Assembly: GCA_043814605.1 (NCBI GenBank)
Contig: JBDRJV010000037.1
Coordinates: 31,899-95,898, forward strand
Source: Candidatus Omnitrophota bacterium
Lineage (GTDB): Bacteria; Omnitrophota; Gorgyraeia; B26-G9
Direction of reading: 5' to 3'
Length of the DNA stretch: 64,000 nt
The notes below the pieces were generated by a model. That model did no database searches. It saw only the letters and a list, made by a program, of their open reading frames with translations, and was not told where the DNA came from. Made by a program: the position numbers and the translations under genes. This document shows, piece by piece, positions 9,678 to 18,987 of the stretch (positions are counted from its first letter, which is position 1; each line of letters begins with the position of its first letter).

Positions 9678-10781
9678 TTGTTAATAAAAATGAAAATAAT
9701 TTTTATCACGCGAGAATCTAAAGAAATGCCAGCAGTGCGAGTCCGCAGCTATGGGTTTGCAAAATTTTTAGAAAAAGCAGGGTATGAAACTATAATTTTC
9801 TCTTATGCTGATAATTTAATGGCTGGAAGCGGAAAAAAAGAGGATAAGTTAAGTATTTTTGACAAAATTAAATATAATTTTAAAACTCTAAAATATCTTT
9901 CTTCTCAGAAAGCAATTTTAGTTTTACAAAGATGTAATTACCATTCTTTTGCGCCCTTACTGCTGGCATTATTGAACCGGAATAAGTTAATTTTCGACCT
10001 GGATGATTGGGAAGCGCGTGAAGATATTCATTATTATTTTAATAAAATCCCTAATTCAAAAGCAATAATTCTCTTATCGCTAATTGCGAGAAAGAGTAAA
10101 TTATGTATCGGCGCAAGCGATTTTTTATGTGAGTTTCTTTTGAATTATAATAAAAATATTTTAAAAATACCAACAGGTGTGGATGTGGAAAATTTTAAGC
10201 CGGATAAAAAGGATAATAATTTACAGCATATAGTATTGTCTTGGATTGGGACTATTTACCGCAAGGATAATCTGGAAAATTTAAAATTTCTTATAGATTG
10301 TTTTCAGGAGCTGTTTGCAGAATTTAATAATATCAGGCTTGAAATCGCCGGAGAGGGTATTTATGCAGATAAATTAATCGCGCTAATTAAAAATATTAAT
10401 AATCAAGATATCATTTTTAAAAACTGGATTAGTCCTGCGAAAATGCCGGATTATCTAAAGAATGTTGATATTGGCGTTATGCCTTTAACCCAAAATTCAA
10501 AATTTAATAAAGCGAAAAGCCCCACCCGCTTGTTTGAATATATGGCGATGGAAAAGGCAGTGGTGGCTAGTACTGTGGGAGAAGCACAAAAGATTATTAA
10601 AAACGGGGAAAATGGATTTTTAGCATCGACAAAAAGTGAGTTTGTTGCGTGCCTAAAAAAATTAATAGAAAATGAGCAGTTAAGGTTAACAATTGGCAGG
10701 TTCGCACGTAAAACAGTAATTGCAGATTATAATTTAAATAAAATTCCGGAAAAATTATTAGAATATATAGGGAAGATATAA
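9678..10781 (+). CDS. GT-B glycosyltransferase, family 4 (glycosyl transferase group 1)
   Basis: The C-terminal KSPTRLFEYMAMEKAVVASTVGEAQKIIKNGENGFL matches the GT4 E-x7-E nucleotide-sugar binding region. Confidence 0.75.
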   Translation: MLIKMKIIFITRESKEMPAVRVRSYGFAKFLEKAGYETIIFSYADNLMAGSGKKEDKLSIFDKIKYNFKTLKYLSSQKAILVLQRCNYHSFAPLLLALLNRNKLIFDLDDWEAREDIHYYFNKIPNSKAIILLSLIARKSKLCIGASDFLCEFLLNYNKNILKIPTGVDVENFKPDKKDNNLQHIVLSWIGTIYRKDNLENLKFLIDCFQELFAEFNNIRLEIAGEGIYADKLIALIKNINNQDIIFKNWISPAKMPDYLKNVDIGVMPLTQNSKFNKAKSPTRLFEYMAMEKAVVASTVGEAQKIIKNGENGFLASTKSEFVACLKKLIENEQLRLTIGRFARKTVIADYNLNKIPEKLLEYIGKI

Positions 10782-10786
10782 AAAAA

Positions 10787-12253
10787 ATGAAAGTAGTTAT
10801 TGCAAACTCTATAGGTGTTGACAAAAATAACAATTTTATAATTCATTCTCCCAGTCGTTGGTCAGAAGGAGTTAAAAGTAAATCACATTGGTTTGCTTAT
10901 TATCCTTGGGAACTATCCTATTTATCCAGTTTATTAAAAAAAGAAACTGATTTTAATATTAAATTTTTAGATGGTTGTTTGATGCAATGGGATTCAGAAA
11001 CATATTTTTCTAAAATTACAACTATTAATCCAGATGTTTTGATTATGGAAAGTGCAACCAGAATGATTGATGAAAATGTTAATCTTGCTCGGCGCATTAA
11101 ACAAAAATGTCAGGCAACGATAATTTTTGTGGGCCAGCACGCCAGTGCTTTTCCACAAGAATTATTAACCCAGGGTATAGATTATGTTTGTATCGGAGAG
11201 TATGAATATACTGTGCTGGAATTGCTGCAGAATAAGGATAAGAGGCAGATTTTAGGGCTTTATCCTAATCCCAGAAGAGATTTATTAGATATTAACAGTT
11301 TACCCTGGCCTGAGGATTCTGACGTAAAACGTATTGATTATGCATCTCCGGGGGAACCGAGTTCAGAATATCGAGAAATTCAAATGTATGCATCCCGGGG
11401 TTGTCCGGGATCCTGCAGTTTTTGCGTTGCCAGGCACGTTTACTACAACCAGCCGAATTGGCGACCGAGAAAAATAGAAAACATTATTAGCGAAATTATT
11501 TATTTAAAAAATAAATATCCAAAGATGGAAGGAGTTTTTTTTGATGAAGAAGTTCATAATGGCAGAAAAGACTTTATCCTGGATTTAACGCAAGCCATAA
11601 TCGATGCAAAACTGAATAATTTAAAATATGAAGCGATGTGCGATGTAAGATTTTTAGATGAGCAGATCTTAGGAGCAATGAAAAGAGCTGGTTATTACAA
11701 GATCAGAATCGGCATTGAAACAGCAAGCCGGAAAATTATGCAGCAAATTAATAAAAAAATTGATTTAAAACAGGTTTTTAATCTGCTAAAGCTGGCCCAA
11801 AAAATTGGCATAAAAACCTACGGTACTTTTACTTTCGGAGCGCCGGGCTCTAATGAAACTGAGGATAAAAAAACAATTTTACTAATTCAAGATTTAATAA
11901 ATAATGATTATTTAGATAACTTACAGCTTTCAATTTGCACTCCTCAGCCAGGAACTCCTTTTTATGAAAAAGTAAAAGAAAATCATATGCTGCGAAATGA
12001 TTTAACTTTTAATATTTTTGACGGGGGGAATCATTGCATTATAAATTATCCAGATTATCATTATAAAATTATTGAAAAAACTAAACAAAATGCATTATTG
12101 ATGCGAGATCATTTTTTTTTAAAAAATAAAATTCAAAATAAGACTTTTTTCCAATGGATTGGGAATGTTTATAAAAAACATGGAGTTTTCAGAAGCGCGG
12201 CAAAGGCTTTTTTTAGAATATTAACAGAAATTAAATTTTATTTCGTAAAATGA
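10787..12253 (+). CDS. B12-binding-domain radical SAM protein (class B rSAM)
   Basis: An N-terminal Rossmann-like B12-binding region is followed by YASRGCPGSCSFCVA (CxxxCxxC). Confidence 0.75.
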   Translation: MKVVIANSIGVDKNNNFIIHSPSRWSEGVKSKSHWFAYYPWELSYLSSLLKKETDFNIKFLDGCLMQWDSETYFSKITTINPDVLIMESATRMIDENVNLARRIKQKCQATIIFVGQHASAFPQELLTQGIDYVCIGEYEYTVLELLQNKDKRQILGLYPNPRRDLLDINSLPWPEDSDVKRIDYASPGEPSSEYREIQMYASRGCPGSCSFCVARHVYYNQPNWRPRKIENIISEIIYLKNKYPKMEGVFFDEEVHNGRKDFILDLTQAIIDAKLNNLKYEAMCDVRFLDEQILGAMKRAGYYKIRIGIETASRKIMQQINKKIDLKQVFNLLKLAQKIGIKTYGTFTFGAPGSNETEDKKTILLIQDLINNDYLDNLQLSICTPQPGTPFYEKVKENHMLRNDLTFNIFDGGNHCIINYPDYHYKIIEKTKQNALLMRDHFFLKNKIQNKTFFQWIGNVYKKHGVFRSAAKAFFRILTEIKFYFVK

Positions 12254-13143
12254 TTGAAATCAGCATTGTTATTGTAACTTATTCTGCAGAGAAATTCATA
12301 AAAAATTGTTTAGATTCTGTTTTTGCGCAGGATTTAAATAATTTTGAAGTTATTATTATTGATAATAACTCTGGCGATAATACTATTAATATCTTAAAGA
12401 AATATTTGTCAAAAATAATTTTAATAGAAAATAAAAAAAATGAGGGTTTTTGTTTCGCAACTAATCAAGGCATATTACTTGCAAAAGGAAAATATATATT
12501 TACTTTAAATAGCGATGTTTACTTAAGTAAGGACTACGTTTTAAATTTAAAAAATTTTTTAGAAAGAAATTTAGAAGCAGGCATGGCAGGGGGTAAATTG
12601 TTAAGAATGGATAAAATAACTATCGATACTATCGGCCTAAAATTGGGGGTTTTTTATCGGTTCTTAAATATCGCAGAATCGGAGAAAGATACGGGTAAAT
12701 ATAAAGTTCCTTTAGAAATTATGGGTCCTTGTGCAGCCGCGGCCTTATATAAGCGGGAGCTTTTAGAGAGTATTAGATATAAGGATGAATTTTTTGATAA
12801 TCAGTTTTTTTTCTTGGCTGATGATTTTGATATTGCCTGGCGGGCACAGCGAATAGGTTGTAAGGGGTTTTATGTTCCAAATGCAGTTTGCTGGCATTAC
12901 CGGGATAGTTCAGGGCATAAATCCCAGTTCAAACAATACCTTTCATTCAGAAACAGGTATTATTTATTGATTAAAAATGCGGGTTTTAAAACTGTTTTTT
13001 TGTTTGCATTAGGTTTTTTATTTTATGATTTTCCCAGGCTGGTTTTTCTTTTAATAACTAATACTAAGTATACAGCGAAAGCAATAGCGGAAATTTTTAT
13101 GAATATGCCTGAAATTTTATCAAAGCGTGTAAAAAAAATATGA
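12250..13143 (+). CDS. GT2 family glycosyltransferase
   Basis: Has the IVIVTYSAEKF...IIIDNNSGDNT N-terminal GT-A signature and a DDFDIAWRAQ region. It is a paralog of 49120..50097. Confidence 0.7.
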   Translation: MIEISIVIVTYSAEKFIKNCLDSVFAQDLNNFEVIIIDNNSGDNTINILKKYLSKIILIENKKNEGFCFATNQGILLAKGKYIFTLNSDVYLSKDYVLNLKNFLERNLEAGMAGGKLLRMDKITIDTIGLKLGVFYRFLNIAESEKDTGKYKVPLEIMGPCAAAALYKRELLESIRYKDEFFDNQFFFLADDFDIAWRAQRIGCKGFYVPNAVCWHYRDSSGHKSQFKQYLSFRNRYYLLIKNAGFKTVFLFALGFLFYDFPRLVFLLITNTKYTAKAIAEIFMNMPEILSKRVKKI

Positions 13144-14252
13144 AAAAATTTACAAGAAGAGAATTTTTGCAAAAAGGAATAGGTTTAAGTACTGCAGTGG
13201 TCAGCGGACAGTTATTCAATGAAAATGTTTTTGCGCGTAATATTAATTTAACTAAACCAAGTCTTGTTTCAATAGCTAAAGGAAAGCATATTTCAAAAAT
13301 TACACAGGAAGCAATTCAAGAAATCGGAGGTATGGATAAAATAGTAAAACCGGGGCAAACTGTATTCATAAAACCTAATTATATTGCGGGAGGATTTATG
13401 GGGCATGATCCGGTGACTTCCGGAGAAATCCCGCATCCGGAAGTAGTGGCGGCAGTGGCCTGTGAATGTTTAGAAGCCGGGGCAAAAAATGTATTGATTG
13501 GAGAATGGTTTGAACGCCCGTTAGAAATAATGTGGCAGGGAAAAGAAGGTAAAGAAGGAGCTCAATTAAAGAAAAAAATTGATTTAATTAATAAAAAATA
13601 CGGAAATAAAGTATATTTAATTGATCTAAGAAAATATACAGAATCATTTTTTTATGTGCCTTCTTTGACAAAGATTAAATGGCTGGCGATTCCGAATTTA
13701 GTTAAAGAAGCAGATGTTATTATTTCAATTGCTGTTTTAAAAACACATCATTACCCAATTTCCGTAACTTTTGGCATGAAGAATTTTGTCGGTATTATGC
13801 CTTCCATTCTTTATGGTGAGCCCAGAATGAAATTACATCAGGCAGGGATTAATCAGATAATCGTAGATATCATACGGGGAATAACGCCAAGTTTAACAGT
13901 GATTAGCGGTGTTTTTGGCATGGAAGGAGAAGGAGTTGTTAAATCTTTTGGTGGAATTTCGGTTGATATCAGTCAAAGGATTGGCGGATACATTGTGATC
14001 GCAGGAGTTGATCCTGTAGCTACAGATGCTATAGCAACCCGGATTATAACTGAAAATTGGCATCCACAACCTAAAAATACTGATTTAGGAGTTCCTTGGT
14101 ATATTAAACATTTGAGACTGGCGTATCAACAGGGATTAGGCAATATAAAAAAATCAAATATTATAATTAAAGGTGCAGCTTTGAACGAGGTAAAAATGCC
14201 CTGGAAAATGCCGCAAGCCAATACATATCCGGAGTTACCTAATTATGTTTAG
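13140..14252 (+). CDS. Twin-arginine-signal DUF362-domain protein
   Basis: The N-terminus TRREFLQKGIGLSTAVVSG matches the Tat consensus S/T-RRxFLK plus an h-region. VFIKPNYIAGG resembles the DUF362 hallmark (IKPN). Domain call is by eye. Confidence 0.45.
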   Translation: MKKFTRREFLQKGIGLSTAVVSGQLFNENVFARNINLTKPSLVSIAKGKHISKITQEAIQEIGGMDKIVKPGQTVFIKPNYIAGGFMGHDPVTSGEIPHPEVVAAVACECLEAGAKNVLIGEWFERPLEIMWQGKEGKEGAQLKKKIDLINKKYGNKVYLIDLRKYTESFFYVPSLTKIKWLAIPNLVKEADVIISIAVLKTHHYPISVTFGMKNFVGIMPSILYGEPRMKLHQAGINQIIVDIIRGITPSLTVISGVFGMEGEGVVKSFGGISVDISQRIGGYIVIAGVDPVATDAIATRIITENWHPQPKNTDLGVPWYIKHLRLAYQQGLGNIKKSNIIIKGAALNEVKMPWKMPQANTYPELPNYV

Positions 14253-14826
14253 AAAAATAATTCAGATTTTAACAATAAGCATAATTTTTATTAGTTTCAA
14301 TAGGTATCTTTATGCAGAAAATTTATTTTATCCATTTGATGCCCGAGATATTACCGGGAAATGGCAGGAATCAGTAATCGAACAAGATGAGGTAATTAAG
14401 ACGGCATCCTTAAAAACAAAAGGAAAAATACAGTTAAATATCCCGGAAGATGGATTTTACCAATTATGCATTGAATTATATCACAATTGGCACAAATTCT
14501 GTCCTTTTATCTATTTTAATACGAGAGACAGCCAAGGAAAAACTTTTTCGGATTTTTTATTTTCAGAAAAACGATGGTATTTACCAGAAAATAGCGGCCG
14601 CTGGGAAATGAGGGCGCTGAGTGCAAATCCTTTTTGGTTTTTACATAAAGGTGAACTTAATATTGAATTCTGGCTCGAATCAAAACAATCTTGCTGGGAC
14701 AAACAGGATAAAGAAATAGAAGGAGAGTTTTATATTAAAAGATTTATTTTAGTAAAAGTTGATATGCTCGAAAAAAGCGATAAAAACTTTCAAACTAAAA
14801 ATTTAGAAAAAACAGAAGATTTTTAA
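14245..14826 (+). CDS. Hypothetical secreted protein
   Basis: N-terminal signal-peptide-like segment (ILTISIIFISFNRYLYA). No recognisable domain. Confidence 0.45.
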   Translation: MFRKIIQILTISIIFISFNRYLYAENLFYPFDARDITGKWQESVIEQDEVIKTASLKTKGKIQLNIPEDGFYQLCIELYHNWHKFCPFIYFNTRDSQGKTFSDFLFSEKRWYLPENSGRWEMRALSANPFWFLHKGELNIEFWLESKQSCWDKQDKEIEGEFYIKRFILVKVDMLEKSDKNFQTKNLEKTEDF

Positions 14827-14832
14827 TAAAAA

Positions 14833-15675
14833 ATGAAAAATAATAAAAAAATATTTTTAACATTTGACCTTGAAGAATGGCCGATAAGAGGACGTTATAA
14901 GATAGATCCTAATTTTGAAAAAAATACAAAGTTTTCAAAAAATGGAACTTTAAAATTAATGGATTTATTTAGTAAATACAATATTAAGTGTACTTTTTTT
15001 GTCACGGGTTTTTTTGCGCAAAATGAGCCAGAAGTTATAAAACTGCTTTCAAGTAAAGGGCATGAAATAGGTTCTCATTCTTTTGCGAACATTAATTTGT
15101 TGGATTTATCAATAGAGGATATTTATTCTGAATTAAGTGCAACAAAAAAATTACTAAAGGATTTAACCGGGCAAAATATAGTTAGTTTTCGTGCACCATT
15201 TTGTTGGTTAACACCCGATATTATTAAAATCTTAGAAAAGCTAGATTTTAAATATGATAGTTCAATTCATCCGGCAATTATTCCCGGCTATTATTATAAT
15301 TGGAAATATCCGCTGGATCCCTATTATCTTTGTTTAAAAAGTAAGTCATTTTTTAATAATAAGAGTAATGGGGTTTTAGAAATTCCTATATCCGTAATTC
15401 CCAGGGTAAGATTTCCTATTTCCTGGTGGTGGATGAGAAATTTAGGCGTAGGGATAACTAAATTAGGGATGAATATGAATTTAAACCAAAACCGGTCAGT
15501 AGTTTTATATTTTCATCCCTGGGAATTTGATAATATCCCTAGAATTAAGGGTATTCCTTATCATTTGATCAGAGGGTGCGGCAAAGCCAATTTAAAAAGA
15601 TTAGAAATTATAATAAAATTGTTTATAAAAAAATACCCCTTTGGTAAGATGAATGACTTTTTAGCTAAGGAATGA
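14833..15675 (+). CDS. Polysaccharide deacetylase (CE4 / NodB-homology; ArnD-like)
   Basis: TFDLEEWP (the D-D/E motif region) and HEIGSHSFAN (a NodB His motif) are present. Confidence 0.75.
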   Translation: MKNNKKIFLTFDLEEWPIRGRYKIDPNFEKNTKFSKNGTLKLMDLFSKYNIKCTFFVTGFFAQNEPEVIKLLSSKGHEIGSHSFANINLLDLSIEDIYSELSATKKLLKDLTGQNIVSFRAPFCWLTPDIIKILEKLDFKYDSSIHPAIIPGYYYNWKYPLDPYYLCLKSKSFFNNKSNGVLEIPISVIPRVRFPISWWWMRNLGVGITKLGMNMNLNQNRSVVLYFHPWEFDNIPRIKGIPYHLIRGCGKANLKRLEIIIKLFIKKYPFGKMNDFLAKE

Positions 15676-15814
15676 GAGATAATTAATCCGGTGAAGAGGA
15701 TTATTGCTAAACCCAATATAATATTTATTAAAAAATTAGGGACGGTTAAGTTTTAATTAGTTAAGATTTTTATATTTGAGTACAGTATTCCATAAAAGTT
15801 TAGAAAGAAAAGTT

Positions 15815-17362
15815 ATGAGAAAAATGTTTATGATAGTTGTATTCATGTTTTGCACAGTTTTAATTTATCTGGTAAGTTTATATTTATTTTCAAGAACTAA
15901 CATAGAATTATTTCCTCCCGATGAAATGGCCAAACTGACTATTGCTTTAGGCTATTACCAATACTTATTTTCCCCAGAGTTGATGCCGCAATCAAGTTTA
16001 TTTAGTGTAAATTTAAATTATTTCCCGCCGGTTTATTTTGTGACTTCAGCAATGGTCTGCCACTTATTTAACGGGTTTTCCATAAAAACATGTTTACTCT
16101 CAAATCTCATATATTTAGTTACTCTAATTATCTCTATTTTTTTTCTGACAAAAAAAATTAGCAAAAATGAAATGTGTGCTTTATTTGCACTATTTGTACT
16201 ATTATTTTTTGACCCTTTATTTTCTAGATTTTCAAGGCATTATGCAATGGAGTTTGGGGTAGCAAGTTTCGTTTGTTTATTTTTATGTGTTTTGGTTCAT
16301 CTAAATGAATTTAAAAATAAATATTGGTATATAGCGCTTGGCTTAATCTGGGCGATAGGGATGCTTATAAAATGGACATTTATTGTTTATGCTACAGTTC
16401 CATTAGGGGGCTTCATTTATACTTTAATACTAAATAAACGCAAACAAGAATTAAATAGACTTAAAATAAGTTTTTATGTGGGGGCAATAATTTTCGGTAT
16501 TTGGTTTATGTTATTTTGCGACCTATCTTTACTTGTGAATAAGTATTTCCGTACAATAAATCAGGAATCCGTTATTTTTGATATCGTATCGTATTTACAT
16601 TGTACTAAAGAAACATTTTTATTTTATTTAATATGGGTTCTTATTTATTTACCATTTTTATTATTTTTCTGGAAAATAAAATTTTCCTACAAAAAATTTT
16701 TATTAACCTGGGTAGGAGTTCCTTTTATTTTTTATTCTTTTTTTACCGGGTCGCCTTACAATAAGTATCTTATTCCGATAATTCCGGGATTAGCCGTATT
16801 GACAAGCGTAACAGTTTTTCGATTTAGTAGAAAACTTAAAAAATTTTTAATAATCTTGATTATAATAATTGGGCTGTTTATTTACGTATCAAATTGCTTA
16901 AATTCAGGCGATCGAGAAAAATGGAACATAAATAATATTGAAAATTTTAAAAAAATTATACAGATAATTAAAACTAAAGAAGATCCAGAAAATTTTAAAG
17001 ATTTATTATTGATCATAAATCAAGATACAATAAAAAGTAATGCTTTAAATGCTAATTCAATTTATTTACATTACTTATTAATGTTAGAAAAATTAAATGT
17101 AAATTTTACCCAGATGAATATTTATCATTTTAATAGAATTGAATGGTATGATTCAAGGGTGTTTCTTTCGAAAAATATTGTAGGTTATGACTATATTATT
17201 ATCTGCGATAAAGAAGATATTGATTTGCAAAGTATTAATTTTGATTTCCAAAGTTTTGAAAAATTAAATGAATATAATTTAATTTTAAAACATAATCAAA
17301 ACGAATATATATCGACAATTACATTTTTCAAAAAATTAATCCAAAATAAGAGTTTATTATAA
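15815..17362 (+). CDS. Polytopic membrane protein, GT-C-like glycosyltransferase
   Basis: The ORF track begins at a TTG (15776). The first in-frame ATG is at 15815 (MRKMFMIVV). The protein has >10 TM helices and a soluble C-terminal domain. Confidence 0.45.
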   Translation: MRKMFMIVVFMFCTVLIYLVSLYLFSRTNIELFPPDEMAKLTIALGYYQYLFSPELMPQSSLFSVNLNYFPPVYFVTSAMVCHLFNGFSIKTCLLSNLIYLVTLIISIFFLTKKISKNEMCALFALFVLLFFDPLFSRFSRHYAMEFGVASFVCLFLCVLVHLNEFKNKYWYIALGLIWAIGMLIKWTFIVYATVPLGGFIYTLILNKRKQELNRLKISFYVGAIIFGIWFMLFCDLSLLVNKYFRTINQESVIFDIVSYLHCTKETFLFYLIWVLIYLPFLLFFWKIKFSYKKFLLTWVGVPFIFYSFFTGSPYNKYLIPIIPGLAVLTSVTVFRFSRKLKKFLIILIIIIGLFIYVSNCLNSGDREKWNINNIENFKKIIQIIKTKEDPENFKDLLLIINQDTIKSNALNANSIYLHYLLMLEKLNVNFTQMNIYHFNRIEWYDSRVFLSKNIVGYDYIIICDKEDIDLQSINFDFQSFEKLNEYNLILKHNQNEYISTITFFKKLIQNKSLL

Positions 17363-18063
17363 TGAAAAATAAGCGTATTGCAATAATGCAGCCTGGATAT
17401 ATCCCCTGGTTGGGATTTTTTGAATTAATGGATAAAGCGGATTTATTTGTGTATTTAGATGACGTGCAGTATACAATCAGAGATTGGAGAAATAGGAATA
17501 GAATCAGGACGGCTCAGGGGTGGCAGTGGTTAAGTATTCCTGTATTGCATAAATCTAGACGGGAACAACTATTAAAGGATGCCTTAATTAATAATCAAAT
17601 TGATTGGAGGGGTAGTCATTTGCGTGCACTTGAGATTAATTATTCAAAAGCTAGTTTTTTTAGTAACAATTTTAGTGTAATAACGCAAATATTATTAAAA
17701 CATTGGGAAAATTTAACAGATTTAAATATTACAATGATTGAAGTTATCAGAGAATTATTAGGAATCAAAACTCCAACTATACGAGCATCTATGCTTAATA
17801 ATATTAAGACTGGTAAAACTCAACGAATAATTAGTATTTGTAAACAATTACAAGCAAATTATCTTTATGATAGCGCAGCAGCGGCTAGTTTTATTGATAT
17901 TGATTTGTTTGCAAAAGAGGGAATAGTAGTAGAATTTCAAAATTATAAACATCCTGAATATAAACAAGTATATAAACCATTTATTCCGTATATGTCTGTG
18001 TTAGACTTATTGTTTAACTGTGGGAGAGAAAGTTTGCAAAATATTTCTAATCGCAAAAAATAA
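17362..18063 (+). CDS. WbqC-like family protein
   Basis: The N-terminus KRIAIMQPGYIPWLGFFELMDKADLFVYLDDVQY matches the conserved start of WbqC-like proteins found in O-antigen loci. TAATG overlap with the upstream gene. Confidence 0.6.
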   Translation: MKNKRIAIMQPGYIPWLGFFELMDKADLFVYLDDVQYTIRDWRNRNRIRTAQGWQWLSIPVLHKSRREQLLKDALINNQIDWRGSHLRALEINYSKASFFSNNFSVITQILLKHWENLTDLNITMIEVIRELLGIKTPTIRASMLNNIKTGKTQRIISICKQLQANYLYDSAAAASFIDIDLFAKEGIVVEFQNYKHPEYKQVYKPFIPYMSVLDLLFNCGRESLQNISNRKK

Positions 18064-18131
18064 TAGATAAAATTAATTTTTAAAGCATAGATTTATGAAA
18101 AAGTATTTAAAAATTTGAAAGGATAAAACCA

Positions 18132-18968
18132 GTGAGGCTAATTAAAGTTTTCAATCTTTGCGTTGTTTTTTTTGCGGTTTTTAGCTTTTTGTCAAAATAC
18201 TGTTTAGAAGCTGCAGATAATCAATGTTTTAAAATAGTTCCTTTTAAAGTAGGTCAATGGGTCGAGTATCAGATCGTTAGTTTAGAGGAGCAAAGTAAAG
18301 ATAATAGATATAAAATTTCAGTTTTAAATGAAGAAATCATTGATGGAGAAATTTATTTTTGGATTGGTTTTGATGTTTTTAACCAAGGAAAAAGAGAAAT
18401 ATCATTTAAGGCCTTAATGAAAAATTTTAAAACAGATGACTTAAAGCTTAAAAAAGAGCAATTTATAGCAGAAGGGATAATAAGTTTTTTCAAAGCTTCG
18501 GATAAACTTTATATAAAAGCAGGTGGTAGCGAGTGGGTAGAGGTTAATCCTAAAACGTACTTTTTAAATTTGAAACTATTAGAAAATTCGTTCTATGAAC
18601 AGGTTCCGGATGAACTAGGGAAAGTTGATTATTCTAAACTTGTGATGATTGGGAGGGAAGAGATTAATGTTTCTTCTCAGGAATTTAACTGTTTGCATTA
18701 CCAAGTAAAAACTAATCCTTCGGATGAATTTTCTGATGAAGGGATAGATTTGTGGCGCTCAGATAAAGTGCCTTTTTTAGGAATTGTAAAATTAGAATTT
18801 TCAAAAACTGATTACGATCTTAAGTTGCGCTATCAAGAAAGCAAAATCCTTGCTTCAAAAAGTATTTTTTATAAAATTTTTTATTACTTATTTAACAAAT
18901 TACCTAAAGATACGCATACTCGTAAAGATATTTATAAAATAAATTTGATTGATTATAAAAATTATTAA
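18132..18968 (+). CDS. Hypothetical secreted protein
   Basis: GTG start. N-terminal signal-peptide-like segment (VFNLCVVFFAVFSFLSKYCLEA). No recognisable domain. Confidence 0.45.
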   Translation: MRLIKVFNLCVVFFAVFSFLSKYCLEAADNQCFKIVPFKVGQWVEYQIVSLEEQSKDNRYKISVLNEEIIDGEIYFWIGFDVFNQGKREISFKALMKNFKTDDLKLKKEQFIAEGIISFFKASDKLYIKAGGSEWVEVNPKTYFLNLKLLENSFYEQVPDELGKVDYSKLVMIGREEINVSSQEFNCLHYQVKTNPSDEFSDEGIDLWRSDKVPFLGIVKLEFSKTDYDLKLRYQESKILASKSIFYKIFYYLFNKLPKDTHTRKDIYKINLIDYKNY

Positions 18969-18987
18969 TTTTAACTGGGGTGGTCCA

